Below, one piece after another: positions 62,620 to 64,000 of a stretch of 64,000 nucleotides of DNA; positions within the stretch are counted from its first letter, which is position 1; every line of letters starts with the position of its first letter. The position numbers were made by a program, and so were the translations under genes. The notes below the pieces were generated by a model that was not told the DNA's origin, did no database searches, and worked only from the letters and a program-made list of their open reading frames with translations. This stretch comes from Tubulanus polymorphus (taxonomy: Eukaryota > Animalia > Nemertea): contig NC_134033.1 of NCBI RefSeq assembly GCF_964204645.1, forward strand, positions 2,562,131 through 2,626,130. Reading direction: 5' to 3'.

Positions 62620-64000
62620 AAACTCTCATTACAAATCAAACGTTATTAATATCACTAAAACTGTACCATTTAATCGATTCTCTTCACTTGATATCAATGT
62701 TGTTGAAGCTTTAAACAAGAAAACTAACTAACTCAGTTTATTGAAGCCTTGAACGATAAAATACATTGCTTTATATTGTCGAAAATGAATAACTGAACGT
62801 TTGTGTTAAAACAGGGGGATTAAACGAAAATGATACCAGGACTCAACTACATCGGCGGTGCATGTCGTATTCAGATTTCACACTGGTTGCATTTTGGTAG
62901 TAAATTTATATCGAATATTCAATTCAATGTTGTCCTTATTGCGATCGAAATTCATCTTAAAGAGAACATAAAAATTCATCAGAAAGACAATAAGATTCGG
63001 GCCATATTAAAAAAGATACGACACTCGATATTCACTAATCTTTTTTTTACATTTTTACACTATTCGTTTTAACGCTGCGTTAAAACCAAACTTTCGGCGA
63101 GACCAACTCAAAAAAAAAAATCAAACCAAATCGACCAATCAAAAAAATTATAGGGTCAATCCGTAATTTCAGATAAAGAAAATTCTAACCTATCGTTTTT
63201 TACTGCGAATTAAGCAAATATGGTTTCAATAAAAAAAAACAGGTTAAACCCGAAAAGACCACGTTACAACGAACAACTGATCTTTCTTAAAATCTTAAAG
63301 CAGTCATTGACCCTGAAGTTCATTTAATAGGTAGATTTCGCTTAATTTGTTTCGATTTGATCAGTGTCCCTTACAGACCCATCCACCACACCTGCCGGGA
63401 TCGAAACAAGGGGTTCGAATTAGCAATCGAAGTACAGATATAGTTGGCGATATATATCCGATCGGTTGTCGGATTTACAGAATTTTTTCGTTTAAATCGA
63501 AGTACGTAATTGGAACTGGTTTACATGGCTCAAAACGAGAAAAATGTGGCGTTATGGCGGCTAGAAACTTTAAAACGGTTACTAAATCTTACATTCAACG
63601 AGCGCTCTTTCAGTTACTTGTTACTTACTTGGCCATATCTCTGTAAACTAGCTGTCAATAAATTTGTTGCGAAGTTAGACATTTTTGCGCGAAATGGATC
63701 CTCGGACACATTGGTGGTTCAAAGAGTTTTCGATTGCGACAACGAGAAACTAGGGTTTCGATTTTGAAAATCGATCGGAAACCGAAGCACGGATAGCTGG
63801 ATGTTTTAGCATTGGTTCTGGATATTCAAAGTTATGCCGCGGCTTTAGTAGTGAATACATATAGTTTGAGTTCATCTCATATTGTCGCATCAAACCACGA
63901 AATAGAATATGCATACATGTTACATGTATATACATATTTCTGCGCGTGATTTCAAAAATAATACACGACGAGAAATATGTTCACAGTTCGTCTGTAATTT
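62620..64000 (+). repeat. GPCR array spacer unit; implies a further copy just beyond the window
   Basis: Collinear with 56200-57580; the window ends ~200-300 bp before the expected ATG position. Confidence 0.85.

Overview
Eukaryotic (animal) genomic DNA with GT-AG introns, SINEs, MITEs and satellites. The gene content (galaxin-like protein, GRL101-type receptor, FMRFamide-receptor/Srw-like GPCR expansion) suggests a marine invertebrate, probably a lophotrochozoan; this is inference. Left to right: (1) the 3' exons of an unidentified multi-exon gene (148-8383, +); (2) a 3-exon secreted galaxin-like Cys-Cys repeat gene (-); (3) a piggyBac-like deletion derivative; (4) a 3-exon, ~1925-aa GRL101/LGR type C-like receptor with CUB-like, C-type lectin-like, LDLa, LRR and 7TM domains (-); (5) a GPI-anchor-type Ly6/three-finger gene that the ORF track shows only as fragments, with exon 2 bracketed by inverted 39-bp satellite arrays; (6) a cluster of CTCF-like motifs next to a small MGCxxS ORF; (7) a 3-exon secreted Asn/Thr/Pro-rich repeat protein; (8) from ~38 kb to the window end, a tandem array of intronless class A GPCRs (6 intact, 1 frameshifted, 2 fragments). 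In the array, extracellular segments are shuffled between copies, stop codons fall in a SINE head, three spacers carry tRNA-Thr(TGT) copies, and the 5' spacer module also sits inverted upstream of the GRL101-like gene. All gene models were spliced by hand with phase checks; no database searches were run.
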